From Pristiophorus japonicus (taxonomy: Eukaryota), in assembly GCF_044704955.1 (NCBI RefSeq), contig NC_092010.1:34348001-34412000 (forward strand): a stretch of 64,000 nt of DNA, given 5' to 3'. How positions within the stretch are numbered: the stretch's first letter is position 1; the number at the start of each line of letters is the position of its first letter. Position numbers and translations under genes: made by a program. Below are positions 44,901-52,710 of this stretch, piece after piece. The notes below the pieces were generated by a model that saw only the letters and a list, made by a program, of their open reading frames with translations, did no database searches and was not told the DNA's origin.

Positions 44901-45865
44901 GGTCTTAAATCCAGAATTCCTTAAACTGGGAATAACTAAATTGCATATATATCACTTCCACTATCACGATGGATAAAAGTATTACAATGTGATCTTGAAA
45001 ACAGGTTACATGCCTAGTGTCTGTTAGTCTGAAGACTTGTGAATTATACTGGGATTTCATTTCATTTCGAATAACCAAACTTTTGGGGCCTTAAAACCCA
45101 AAGGGGATAAGACAGTCGGTACGGTACGTGGCTGGTTGACATTCTAAATCTGGTAGATTTTAGATTTTTTTGTGGAAGGGGGGAGAAGAAAATCACATTT
45201 TGGGTCGTCCTTTTTTTAAGAACACCTCTGAAGAATCACATTTTCTGAGAAACAGTTCATCTGGAAATGAAAATGAACATTTTAGTTTGAATATCAATAT
45301 GGGTGGCTGAATAGTCAGTGTTTCACACAGCTAACCTCCAGTTTCTAGATTGGGGCCAAATCGTTTATACAAACCTGTTCAGGATTCTTAATCGTGCTCA
45401 CTGGCCTTCCTATTAAATGAAGGATAAGAACATAAGAAATAGAAGCAGGAGTCGGCCATTTGGCCCCTCAAGCCTGCTCCGCCATTTAATATGATCATGG
45501 CAGATCCGATCATGGACTCAGCTCCACTTCCCTGCCTGCTCCCCATGATGGAGTATCATTGACATCCAGGGGCTGTTCAAATTGTCTTGTTCCCTCACAA
45601 CTGCAGGAGATTAACGGTGGTGGTGGTGGTGGTGGGGGGGCGGGGGGCGGAAAGATGCTTTCTCTTTAAAACCACTTAACTGAATTGTCTCTTATTCAAC
45701 AGGAAGTACAAGGAATATGCTCCACTGCAGCAGGACCCCTCGAGGATTCATTCCGAGTGGATCCCAGACAGAGCTGCTGTGAACATTTTCCTGAGAAATA
45801 TGTTCAAGCGACAGCACAGTAGAGTCAGTGAGGACAGCCCTCTGCTGCATGGCTGTGTCGTCTGA
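8902..45865 (+). CDS. PMEL: Premelanosome protein (PMEL/Pmel17/gp100), 12 coding exons, about 849 aa
   Basis: Exons 8902-8965, 19551-19685, 22124-22270, 23335-23475, 24050-24211, 34340-34771, 36813-37556, 37813-37968, 38860-38965, 39572-39777, 43326-43419, 45703-45865 sum to 2550 nt with GT-AG introns and matching phases. Signal peptide, NTR, PKD, RPT, KR cleavage site, kringle-like domain, TM helix and EDSPLL tail. RPT plus LVKRQ favour PMEL over GPNMB. Confidence 0.93.
9720..9932 (+). mobile_element. Penelope-like element terminal remnant
   Basis: Contains a hammerhead core followed by TTTCTCTCTCCACAGATGCTGCCTGACC, which I recall as typical of elasmobranch Penelope-type ends. Confidence 0.65.
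9833..9867 (+). ncRNA. Minimal type I hammerhead ribozyme motif
   Basis: GTT-CTGATGA-A-GGGTC(ATT)GACCT-GAAAC-GTT-AAC: both conserved core boxes, stem II, palindromic ACGT stem III and a 3-bp stem I. Confidence 0.7.
10521..13360 (+). mobile_element. Young 5'-truncated CR1 LINE in PMEL intron 1
   Basis: Intact ORF2, CR1 3' UTR, (TTTCTATG)n tail; candidate TSD TCTATCTCGG (10511-10520)/TCTATATCGG (13356-13365). Confidence 0.95.
10523..13261 (+). CDS. CR1 ORF2: AP-endonuclease plus reverse transcriptase (N-terminus truncated)
   Basis: No stops over 912 codons from ATG 10523. EN motifs ITETW, GDFN, SDH; RT motifs [30 protein letters not shown]. Confidence 0.9.
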   Translation: MQLYDVIGITETWLQDEQGWELNIQGYSTFRKDRIKGKGGGVALLVKEEIKAIVRKDISLDDVESIWVELQNTKGQKTLVGVVYRPPNSSSDVGEGIKQEIRGACNKGAAVIMGDFNMHIDWANQTESNTVEEDFLECIRDGFLDQYVEEPTRGEAILDWVLCNEKGLISNLVVRGPLGKSDHNMVEFCIRMENETVNSETMVQNLKKANFEGMRRELAEMDWRMILKGLTVDGQWQTFRDRMDELQQLYIPVWHRNKKGKVAQPWLSREIRDSIKAKEVAYKLARNSSEPGDWEKFRTQQRRTKGLIRAGKMEYEKKLAGNIKTDCKSFYRYVKRKRLVKTNVGPLQSESGEVITGNKEMADQLNKYFGSVFTKEDTNNLPVIKGVGGSSKEEELREILISREIVLGKLMGLKADKSPGPDGLHPRVLKEVALEIVDALTVIFQHSIDSGSVPMEWRVANVTPLFKKGGREKTGNYRPVSLTSVVGKMMESIIKDVIAVHLERGDMIGPSQHGFVKGKSCLTNLLEFFEDVSSRVDKGEPVDVVYLDFQKAFDKVPHKRLMCKVRAHGIGGSVLTWIENWLSDRKQRVGVNGDFSEWQAVTSGVPQGSVLGPQLFTLYINDLDEGIKCSISKFADDTKLGGSVSCEEDAVRLQSDLDRLGEWANAWQMKYNVDKCEVIHFGGKNRETDYYLNGDRLGKGKVQRDLGVMVHQSLKVGMQVQQAVKKANGMLAFIARGFEYRGREVLLQLYRALVRPHLEYCVQFWSPNLRKDILAIEGVQRRFTRLIPGMAGLTYQERLDQLGLYSLEFRRMRGDLIETYKILTGLDRLDAGRMFPMLGKSRTRGHSLRIRGKPFRTEMRRNFFTQRVVNLWNSLPQKVVEANSLNIFKKELDEVLTARGIKGYGEKAGMGY
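13700..14113. repeat. Polypyrimidine low-complexity tract (about 400 bp)
   Basis: Almost entirely C/T on the + strand. Confidence 0.9.
15798..16240 (+). mobile_element. tRNA-headed Deu-type SINE (SacSINE1-like), near full length
   Basis: A-box-like GTGGCTCAGTGGG and B-box-like head; tail GGCGCTATATAAATGCAAGTCTTT; a 3' fragment lies just upstream at about 15580-15785. Confidence 0.8.
18197..18302. promoter_or_regulatory. Candidate MITF/SOX melanocyte enhancer in PMEL intron 1
   Basis: GTCACATGA (18197-18205), CATGTGA (18233-18239), TCACATG (18296-18302) and SOX-type CACAATG (18272-18278) within 106 bp. Confidence 0.45.
18457..18640 (+). mobile_element. CR1 3' end fragment, same young subfamily as 10521-13360
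   Basis: Nearly identical to about 13170-13350. Confidence 0.9.
18665..19286. mobile_element. GC-rich non-autonomous TIR element
   Basis: Ends GGGGCTGGATTTT...AAAATCTAGCCCC are inverted; CpG-rich non-coding interior. Confidence 0.65.
19551..19685 (+). CDS. PMEL: PMEL exon 2
   Basis: [25 protein letters not shown] resembles human AWNRQLYPEW...DCWRG; 135 nt, AG/GT boundaries. Confidence 0.93.
20107..20412 (+). mobile_element. L2-type LINE 3' fragment
   Basis: Homologous to 49310-49653 and 34946-35595; tail AAATGCAAGTTGTTG. Confidence 0.7.
21150..22043 (+). mobile_element. CR1 LINE 3' fragment interrupted by a Tigger-like MITE
   Basis: Encodes [13 protein letters not shown]...[15 protein letters not shown]; TTCTTATG tail. 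Confidence 0.85.
21195..21528. mobile_element. Tc1/mariner-superfamily (Tigger/pogo-like) MITE, second copy
   Basis: TIR CAGGTTGAACCTCCCTTATCC, TA TSD; opposite orientation to 5146-5496. Confidence 0.9.
22124..22270 (+). CDS. PMEL: PMEL exon 3
   Basis: [31 protein letters not shown]...DGKIVW; 147 nt. Confidence 0.95.
22375..22955 (+). mobile_element. CR1 LINE 3' fragments
   Basis: Degraded RT C-terminus ([12 protein letters not shown]) and CR1 3' UTR. Confidence 0.75.
23335..23475 (+). CDS. PMEL: PMEL exon 4
   Basis: [12 protein letters not shown]...VFPDGKPFP...[10 protein letters not shown]; 141 nt. Confidence 0.95.
24050..24211 (+). CDS. PMEL: PMEL exon 5 (core amyloid fragment region)
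   Basis: [17 protein letters not shown]...[10 protein letters not shown]...SQFTIT; 162 nt. Confidence 0.95.
24620..25230 (+). mobile_element. CR1-group (L2/Crack-like) LINE 3' fragment
   Basis: RT C-terminus [17 protein letters not shown]...HSLHHRR; ends AATAAATTAAAAAAAA. Confidence 0.75.
25235..27140 (+). mobile_element. Old CR1 fragment with a younger CR1 3' end (about 26359-27081) inserted in it
   Basis: Degraded RT (SQHGFVK, DFQKAF); abrupt switch to sequence matching 12602-13360; old element resumes after the TTTCTATG tail. Confidence 0.8.
27505..28045 (-). mobile_element. Two adjacent Deu-type SINE 3' portions
   Basis: GACTTGCATTTATATAGCGCC block occurs twice (about 27510 and 27878). 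Confidence 0.75.
28573..28978 (-). mobile_element. RTE-clade LINE 3' fragment
   Basis: C-terminal [21 protein letters not shown], (GAT)n tail, 10-bp TSD AGTCAGTGCA. Confidence 0.85.
29212..33958 (-). mobile_element. Full-length Ty3/Gypsy LTR retrotransposon (Mag-like), antisense in PMEL intron 5
   Basis: 267-bp LTRs at 29212-29478 and 33692-33958 (9 mismatches), perfect GAAAT TSD, degenerate PBS TGTTGACGAG, polypurine tract beside the left LTR. Confidence 0.96.
29514..33656 (-). pseudogene. gag-pol of LTR element 2 (gag-PR and integrase still open; RT/RNase H frameshifted)
   Basis: 436-aa gag-PR ORF (two Zn knuckles, LDTGA); fragments with FQDD and ETDHKPL; 469-aa integrase ORF (HHCC zinc finger, D,D,E). 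Confidence 0.92.
34340..34771 (+). CDS. PMEL: PMEL exon 6 (PKD domain plus S/T/P-rich spacer)
   Basis: [11 protein letters not shown]...LHDPSLYL...FTWDFGD...VTHTYL...LQAAIP; 432 nt. Confidence 0.95.
34946..35595 (-). mobile_element. L2-type LINE 3' fragment
   Basis: [21 protein letters not shown] motif typical of the L2 ORF2 end. Confidence 0.85.
36813..37556 (+). CDS. PMEL: PMEL exon 7 (RPT repeat domain)
   Basis: TTTTCATAG acceptor, GTAAGT donor, 744 nt, open in phase 1-1. Confidence 0.9.
36968..37549 (+). repeat. Coding 33-bp tandem repeat ([11 protein letters not shown] / [11 protein letters not shown]), 17 full units plus a partial
   Basis: Read directly from the sequence and its translation. 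Confidence 0.97.
37813..37968 (+). CDS. PMEL: PMEL exon 8 (proprotein convertase site)
   Basis: [31 protein letters not shown] resembles human LRLVKRQVPLDCVLYRYGSFSVTLDIV; 156 nt. Confidence 0.92.
38860..38965 (+). CDS. PMEL: PMEL exon 9
   Basis: [10 protein letters not shown]...[11 protein letters not shown]; 106 nt. Confidence 0.93.
39572..39777 (+). CDS. PMEL: PMEL exon 10 (kringle-like domain)
   Basis: [13 protein letters not shown]...[31 protein letters not shown]; 206 nt. Confidence 0.95.
40124..40948. repeat. Palindromic element split by a CR1 3' fragment (about 40160-40782)
   Basis: 40783-40922 is an inverted repeat; 40124-40153 is the inverted complement of 40919-40948. Confidence 0.75.
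41249..42726. repeat. CpG-rich minisatellite, 23-bp monomer arranged as a 46-bp dimer
   Basis: Alternating CCGACCTCCGCTCCTCGCCCGTC and CCGACCTCCGCTCCTCGCCGCTT. Confidence 0.95.
42950..43201 (+). mobile_element. Non-autonomous RTE-derived retroelement
   Basis: Body shared with 6891-7183, joined to the RTE-like 3' end CAGTCACCTGAG...GTGGAAGCAAGTC...(GAT)n. Confidence 0.7.
43326..43419 (+). CDS. PMEL: PMEL exon 11 (transmembrane helix)
   Basis: [22 protein letters not shown]; phase 1-2; an in-frame alternative acceptor lies 6 nt downstream. Confidence 0.9.
43502..44244. mobile_element. Non-autonomous TIR element with an AT-rich core
   Basis: AATGGGGCAGAAATCCCGG...CCGGGATTTCTGGGCCATT inverted ends. 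Confidence 0.7.
45703..45865 (+). CDS. PMEL: PMEL exon 12 (cytoplasmic tail and stop)
   Basis: RKYKEYAPL...[12 protein letters not shown]; acidic dileucine motif like human ENSPLL. Confidence 0.93.
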
Positions 45866-45904
45866 GGCATTTCACATGGATTATGAAAGTGGATTCATGT
45901 TACT

Positions 45905-45910
45905 AATAAA
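45905..45910 (+). terminator. Candidate PMEL polyadenylation signal
   Basis: AATAAA 40 nt after the stop; another at about 46743. Confidence 0.4.
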
Positions 45911-46099
45911 ATGTAACCAACCCTAATTGCATATGTGGACTTTTTTTTTAAATCAAGAAGGGAAAGGGAGGAAGAAGGAAGAGGGCGACAGATGAATCCT
46001 AACACTGCGATGACAATCATATAAATAAGACTTTAAGCTACAAGGCTGCCTATCACCTTCCCATTGCTTGAATCGTGCTAGCGGCAGGTAATCATGGGT

Positions 46100-46510
46100 C
46101 TGTCATGGCTCAGTTGGTAGCACCCTCGTCTCTGAGTCAGAAGGTTGTAGGTTCAAGTCCCACTCCAGGGACTTGAGCACAAAAATCTAGGCTGACACTC
46201 CAGTGCAGTGCTGGACTGTCAGAGGTGCTGTCTTTCGGATGAGACGTTAAACCCAGGCCCCGCCTGCTCTCTCAGGTGGATGCAACAGATCCTGTGGCAC
46301 TATTTTGAAGAAGAGCAGGGGAGTTATCCTCAGTGTCCTGGCCAATATTTATCCCTCAATGAACAAAACGAAAAAGAGATTATCTGGTCATGATGTCATT
46401 GCTGTTTGTGGGAGCTTGCTGTGCGCAAATTGGTTGCTGCATTTTCAGCTGTAAAGTGCTTTGGGGCATCCTGAGGTTGTGAACGGCGCTATAAAATGTA
46501 TTTCTTTTTT
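46100..46510 (+). mobile_element. Deu-type SINE, near full length
   Basis: tRNA-like head TGGCTCAGTTGG...GGTTCAAGTCC; tail GGCGCTATAAAATG. Confidence 0.8.
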
Positions 46511-47004
46511 ATAGTCTTCCCATCTAATGGAGATGGGGATGGGGATATAGAAAGAAACTGGAAGTAAGAACAGGCATTGAGCACTTCTGGTCAGCTGCCA
46601 TTGCCACAATTGGCCTCTTGTGCCTCAACTGCTAGCCTGACTGTTTCACTCGTGTACTGTACATTGCTGCTAGTCATTTCACTTCTCACGCTCTGATCAT
46701 TTGCATTCTGAGAAGCCAATGTACAATTGGTCCAAATTGACTAATAAAAAACATTAATACCCTGGCCTTAATTCAACAGAAGCTATTTTCCTGCCTGACT
46801 CTTCACATTATTAGAAAGCCTTTATTCTGTACATTTGGTCTGGATTTGAATCCATTTGCCAAGGTGAAAGGACATGCTGCATTAACTGGTACAAATGGGC
46901 ACGCAATATTTACCACCAACTTTCTGCAATCCCTATTGAACCATCAACTCGTGTTTCATCTGGATAACTGCTCAGATATAACTCTAAAGCTACCAATTAC
47001 ATTA

Positions 47005-47475
47005 GAACATAAGAATTAGGAGCAGGAGTCGGCCATACGCCCCCTCGAGCCTGCTCCGCCATTCAATAAGATCATGGCTGATCTGACCTTGGCCTCAACT
47101 CCACTTTCCTGCCTGTTCCACATACACCTTGACTCTCCTATAGCTTAAAAAATCTGTCTATCTCAGCCATGAATCTATTCAATGACCCAGCCTCCACAGC
47201 CTTTTGGGGTAGAGAATTCCAAAGATTCACGACCCTCTAAGAGAAGAAATTCCTCCTCATCTCCGTCTTAAATGGGTGGCCCCTTATCCTGAGGCTATGC
47301 TCCCCTAGTTCTAGATTCCCCCACGGGGAGGGGGGAAACATCCTCTCGGCATTTACCCTGTCAAGCTCCCTCAGAATCTTATGTTTCAATAAGATCACCT
47401 CTTATTCTTCTAAACTCCAATGAGTACAGGCCCAATCTGCTCAATCTTTCTTCATAAGACAACCCCCTTCATCCT
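47005..47475 (-). mobile_element. CR1 LINE 3' fragment
   Basis: Reverse complement of a CR1 3' UTR and ORF2 end. Confidence 0.85.
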
Positions 47476-48241
47476 TGTGATAATCTAACACAATTTCCAA
47501 TGCTAAAAGGAAACAAAATTAAAATCAGTCAGAACACACACAGAACACTTGTCACCAGTCTTCTCATTTCTGCAATTAAAAAACTTGTAACTTTATCAAA
47601 TTTCCCTTATGCTCTACTTACTTTTTATGACTATCTAATCATCTTCAACTGGTAAACACTATTGGTTAAACTATGCTCACTTCTTCGTCTTGAGGCTTCG
47701 AAGAATTAAACGATTCCAGAGCTAACAATTTGTTAAGGAATGTAATAACGTTTCGGCACCAAAACACGAAGCATGAGTAAGTTCAAGGTAGATGGTGAAA
47801 TAAATCCCAGCTTGGTAGCATTCTTGCTTCTGAGTTTAGAAGGTCATGGGTTCAAGTCCCGCTCGAGGAGTGGAGCACAAAATCTAGACTGGCACTTCAG
47901 GAAGTGCTGTCTTTCAGATGTGATGTTAATCTGAGGCTGTATTCATCTATTCAAGTCAATGTAAAAAAATACCATGGCACTATTCGGACTGTGCCCAACA
48001 TTTATCCCCTCAACCAACACTATCAACAATCAGATTAACTGATCTCATTTGGTGTTTGTGTGGGACCTTGCTGTGCGCAAATTGGCTGCTGCATTTACCG
48101 ACAAAACAGTGACTGCACTTCAAAAGTCATTGATTGGCTGTGAAGCGTTTTGGGATGTCCTGAGGATGTGAAAGGCACTATATAAATGCAAGTTAATTCT
48201 TATGGTGTGAGAAGTTTACGGTGTCCTCGCTGTATATCTGT

Positions 48242-48571
48242 CCTTGAAGGACACCCTCCTTGATAAAATGCAACATCTCCACCGACACCTGGGAGTCCCT
48301 GGCCAAAGACCTCCGTAAGTGGAGGAAGAGCATCCGGGAGGGCGTTTAGCACCTCAAGTCTCGTTCCCGAGAGCATGCAGAAATCAAGCGCAGGCAGCGG
48401 AAGGAGCGTGCGTCAAACCAGACTCCCCACCCACCCTTTCCTTCAACGACTATCTGTCCCACCTGTGATAGAGACTCTAATTCCCGTATTGGACTGTACA
48501 GTCACCTGAGAACTCACTTTTAGAGTGGAAGCAAGTCTTCCTTGATTTCGAGGGACTGCCTATGATGATGA
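48242..48571 (+). mobile_element. RTE-clade LINE 3' fragment
   Basis: Homologous to 28573-28978; (GAT)n tail; 11-bp TSD TGTATATCTGT. Confidence 0.85.
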
Positions 48572-49309
48572 TGTATATCTGTATGTATTTGAAAGCGGCA
48601 AATGATCTTTTGAATAGAAGGATCAAAAAATAAATAGATGCTGAGCACATTATAGGCGCTGCAAATAATAAGCGAATAAGCTTACTTTGAGGACGGTATT
48701 AGATACAGAAGTCACTGGTGATTATTAATTGACTGATCAACATGGTACGCAAAACCATGGTTTCCCCTGCGTGACTCTCAACAGAACTTCCCAATTGGCT
48801 TATCTGAGAATGCACAATGTGGCCTCTGTACAATGCAACAGTGACTACACTTCAAAAGTGCTTCATTGGCTGTGAAGCGCTTTGGGAGGTCCTGAGAACA
48901 TGAAAAGGCGCTATATAAATGCAAGTCTTTCTTTTCTTTTCTCCCCTCCCTTTTTTGGCTTAGAATCACTACTTCCTGCCGCCTTCAGTCACAAAATGTG
49001 CGACATAGGGGCAGATGCTTGATTTGCTTGTTCAGGGAAGAGAGGTAACGAGCAGTTTTAGCAACGACTGTAAGTTTGAATCTTTCACTGTAATGTGACC
49101 ACTATACCAAATGACGATTAGGAGCACATGGAAGTTACAGTGGGATATCGGTCAAATTTCGTGGAAATTCTACTTCCAGTCTATGTACATAATTATGAAA
49201 TTGAGACCATCTGATGTATACAGATAATTAGTTGCCACAGGTATACATGTTCCAATCATATGCTTTCACGTGCTGTTACACATGTGCCATTTTCTTCCAC
49301 TCCAACGTC

Positions 49310-49653
49310 TTGCCCTTCCCTATCTCTGTAACCTCCTCCAGCCTGACAACCCTCCGAGATCTCTGCGCTCCTCCAATTCTGGCCTCTTGAGCATCCCGGA
49401 TTTTCATCGCTCCACCATCAGTGGCCGTGCCTTCAGCTGCCCAGGCCCTGAGCTCTGGAACTCCCTGCTTAAACCTCTCTTTCCTCCGTTCAGATGCTCC
49501 TTAAAACCTACCTCTTTGACCTAGCTTGTGATCATCGGCCCTAATTTCTCCTTATGTGGCTCAGTGTCAAATTTTGTTTTATAACACTCCTGTGAAGCAC
49601 CTTGGGATGTTTTACCCCGTTAAAGGCGCTATATAAATACAATTTGTTGTTGT
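49310..49653 (+). mobile_element. L2-type LINE 3' fragment
   Basis: PPRSLRSSNSGLL...GRAFSC...LWNSL; (TTG)n tail. Confidence 0.8.
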
Positions 49654-49974
49654 AATACAACACGTTTAAAATGTCAGTAATTCTATAAACTGGGGTTTGG
49701 GATCTGTGCAACCAAATAACTAAAGATAGTGAGGATGTAATGGGGGAGAAATTCAGTTGTGCCTCTGTTGCAGCATTAATCCAGGCAGAGCGCTACGTTT
49801 AGCACCTTGAAAAAGTTTGCGCCTCCCGCCCAGAAATTCATCAGAATCGGTCAAAGAGCTGACATGGGCGATAAATCACCCGGTGCAGCTGGGGGGGGGG
49901 GGGGGTGCAATCACAAAAGTTTGGTTGGTACATTGTGCAGACACACTGCGCATGCGCGGAACTCCGAATGAGAG

Positions 49975-50663
49975 GGGTTGAAGGATGAGGAGGAGCTGAG
50001 GGATGAGGTGAGGTTGAGGGATGAGGTGAGGTTGAGGGATGAGGAGGAGTTGAGGGATGAGGTGGGGTTGAGTGATGAGGTGGGGTTGAGGGATGAGGTG
50101 AGGTTGAGGTGAGGTTGAGGGATGAGGTGAGGTTGAGGGATGAGGAGGAGTTGAGGGATGAGGTGAGGTTGAGGGATGAGGTGAGGTTGAGGGATGAGGA
50201 GGAGTTGAGGGATGAGGTGAGGTTGAGGGATAAGGAGGAGTTGAGGGATGAGGTGAGGTTGAGGGATGAGGAGGAGCTGAGGGATGAGGAGGAGCTGAGG
50301 GATGAGGTGAGGTTGAAGGATGAGGTGGGGTTGAGGGATGAGGAGGAGTTGAGGGATGAGGTGAGGTTGAGGGATGAGGAGGAGCTGAGGGATGAGGAGG
50401 AGCTGAGGGATGAGGTGAGGTTGAAGGATGAGGTGGGGTTGAGGGATGAGGAGGAGTTGAGGGATGAGGTGAGGTTGAGGGATGAGGAGGAGCTGAGGGA
50501 TGAGGAGGAGCTGAGGGATGAGGTGAGGTTGAAGGATGAGGTGGGGTTGAGGGATGAGGAGGAGTTGAGGGATGAGGTGAGGTTGAGGGATGAGGAGGAG
50601 CTGAGGGATGAGGAGGAGCTGAGGGATGAGGTGAGGTTGAAGGATGAGGTGGGGTTGAGGTGA
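49975..50663. repeat. Purine-rich 18-bp minisatellite with a 108-bp higher-order repeat
   Basis: Units GAGGGATGAGGTGAGGTT and GAGGGATGAGGAGGAGYT; the variant GAAGGATGAGGTGGGGTT recurs every 108 bp. Confidence 0.95.
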
Positions 50664-52089
50664 GATCCTGGGAAAAGCCGAGTGTTAAAGGCGCGGCATA
50701 GTAATGCACCCATTAAAGTTTTCAAAATCACTTGTTTTCAACCTGTGCTGTTATGTCTGTCTGTATGTCAAACTGGGAGGTTTGCACACCGTGCTGTGTG
50801 TAAATATTGCACTAACTGTGACCTCCGAGGGAAGCGCTTCTTCATCCCTTCAAGTAGCCGCCAGTTAAGGACTCTGCAAGCCTGCACCCACTGTTTTTCC
50901 AGACGTTGTTATTGGCGAGAGCTCAATGAGGCGGCCGCACTGAATTTACCGACCGGGATGCAAGCGTGGGCGTTGCACTAGGAATACGTCATGATCGGAG
51001 CGATCGTCAGCAGCCGGGCGCTAATGGTTTGCACCCCCGGTGAGCCTCAAATTAATTTTCTGGCCGTTAACTGGGGTGTTAGACAACCGAAAATCCAGCA
51101 ATTCAGTCCTCACTGACCTTGCATCTGAAACAGCTCACAAACACAAATATCAAATACAGTATCATACATGGAGGATCTGTGTGAGACTGTTTTCTCTAAA
51201 GAGGTCAAGAATTCCTTAACTTGAGCACTGTAATTCAAACCCTCCTCTGCCTCAACACTTGATTATCTGATCCCTTAATAGCTTGCACTCAGAGCTCCCC
51301 AAATGGCAAGCGAATGTAAGTCACTCTGGTACTAAGACCAGTCCTGCTTACTATCCAATAACGCTTGCTGGTAAGTGCATATGTTGACACTGGATTATGA
51401 CAGGATTGGACTTGGCTGTAATATATTCTCTGTGATCCAATAGCTTGTTGTCACTCAAGCCTGGATTTTCCGATCCGTGTTAAAGTAACGGTGATTGGAA
51501 AATCTAGGCTTCATTGCGAGTCCCACATCTTAAGTATGGTCAGTTTGGTGATGGGTTGAAGGGCTGAGGTGCCTGTGAACCTAGAAAGAGTTCTCACCTT
51601 TAGGGGAGGAGGGCAGAATTTTTTTTTTAAACACGTGCACTCCCTGCAGCTGCAAGTTCACCACTTACTGTTTCTGTGCAATCTTTGTCCTGTGGTGGAA
51701 CACACATGGGCCTTTCATGGCTTATGCCACTGTTCACACCAATGATTCTTCCTGAAAATGACAGATTCTAGTCACAAATTAAATAACCTGATGTTTGGGA
51801 ATCTCTCCCCATTATAATAGAAGACAAATACCCGTGGGAGAGTCAATTCTTCCAAATACCTAATTGTGTTTTATGAAGTAAAATCGTCTTTTTGTTTTCT
51901 TTTTACTGCCGTTTACAGATATCCATTTCTCTTCTTTCTTCCCCTTCCAGCCTTCCTTGCGCTTTATTTTGTACTCCCAAAGTATCCATTTTATATATCT
52001 ATTTCTAGATTAAATATGTATTTAATATTTTGTCCCATACAAGAAACTTCAACCTGTAAATTGTCAAAGTTGCAATAAAGTTGCTCGTT

Positions 52090-52710
52090 GAAACATAGAA
52101 GATTCTGAGGGAGATTGACAGGGTAGTTGCTGGGAGGATGTTTCCCCTGGCTGGGGAGTTTAGAACCAGGGGGCAGTGTCAGGATACGGGGTCAGCCATT
52201 TAGGACTGAGATGAGGAGGAATTTCTTCACTCAGAGGGTGGTGAATCTTTGGAATTCTCTACCCCAGAGGGCTGTGGATGCTGAATTGTTGAGTATATTC
52301 AAGGCTGAGATCGATAGATTTTTGGATATTAAGGGAACCGAGGGATATGGGGATCGGGCGGGAAAGTGGAGTTAAGGTAAAAGATCAGCCATGATCTTAT
52401 TGAATGGCGGAGTAGGCTCGAGGGGCCATATGGCCTACTCCTGCTCCTCATCATCATCATAGGCAGTCCCTCGGAATCGAGGAAGACTTGCTTCCACTCT
52501 TAAAATGAGTGAACAGTCCAATATGAGAACCACAGTCCCTGTCACAGGTGGGACAGATAGTCGTTGAGGGAAAGGGTGGGTGGGACAGGTTTGCCGCACG
52601 CTCTTTCCGCTGTCTGCACTTGATTTCTGCATGATCAGCCATGATCTTATTAAATGGCGGAGTAGGCTTGAGGGGCCATACGGCCTACTCCTGCTCCTAG
52701 TTCTTATATG
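52090..52710 (+). mobile_element. CR1 3' fragment carrying an antisense RTE fragment (52449-52632)
   Basis: CR1 3' UTR duplicated on both sides of the RTE piece. Confidence 0.85.

Noticed and set aside
8902-45865. Calling the gene GPNMB
   Set aside because: It has an RPT array, the LVKRQ site, ExSPLL with terminal Val, a PMEL-type exon 3 and an MCRS1 neighbour, and no juxtamembrane RGD.
49841-50731. LRDEEE coiled-coil-like and Ser/Pro-rich ORFs
   Set aside because: The 18-bp repeat is open in multiple frames, with no splice or promoter context.
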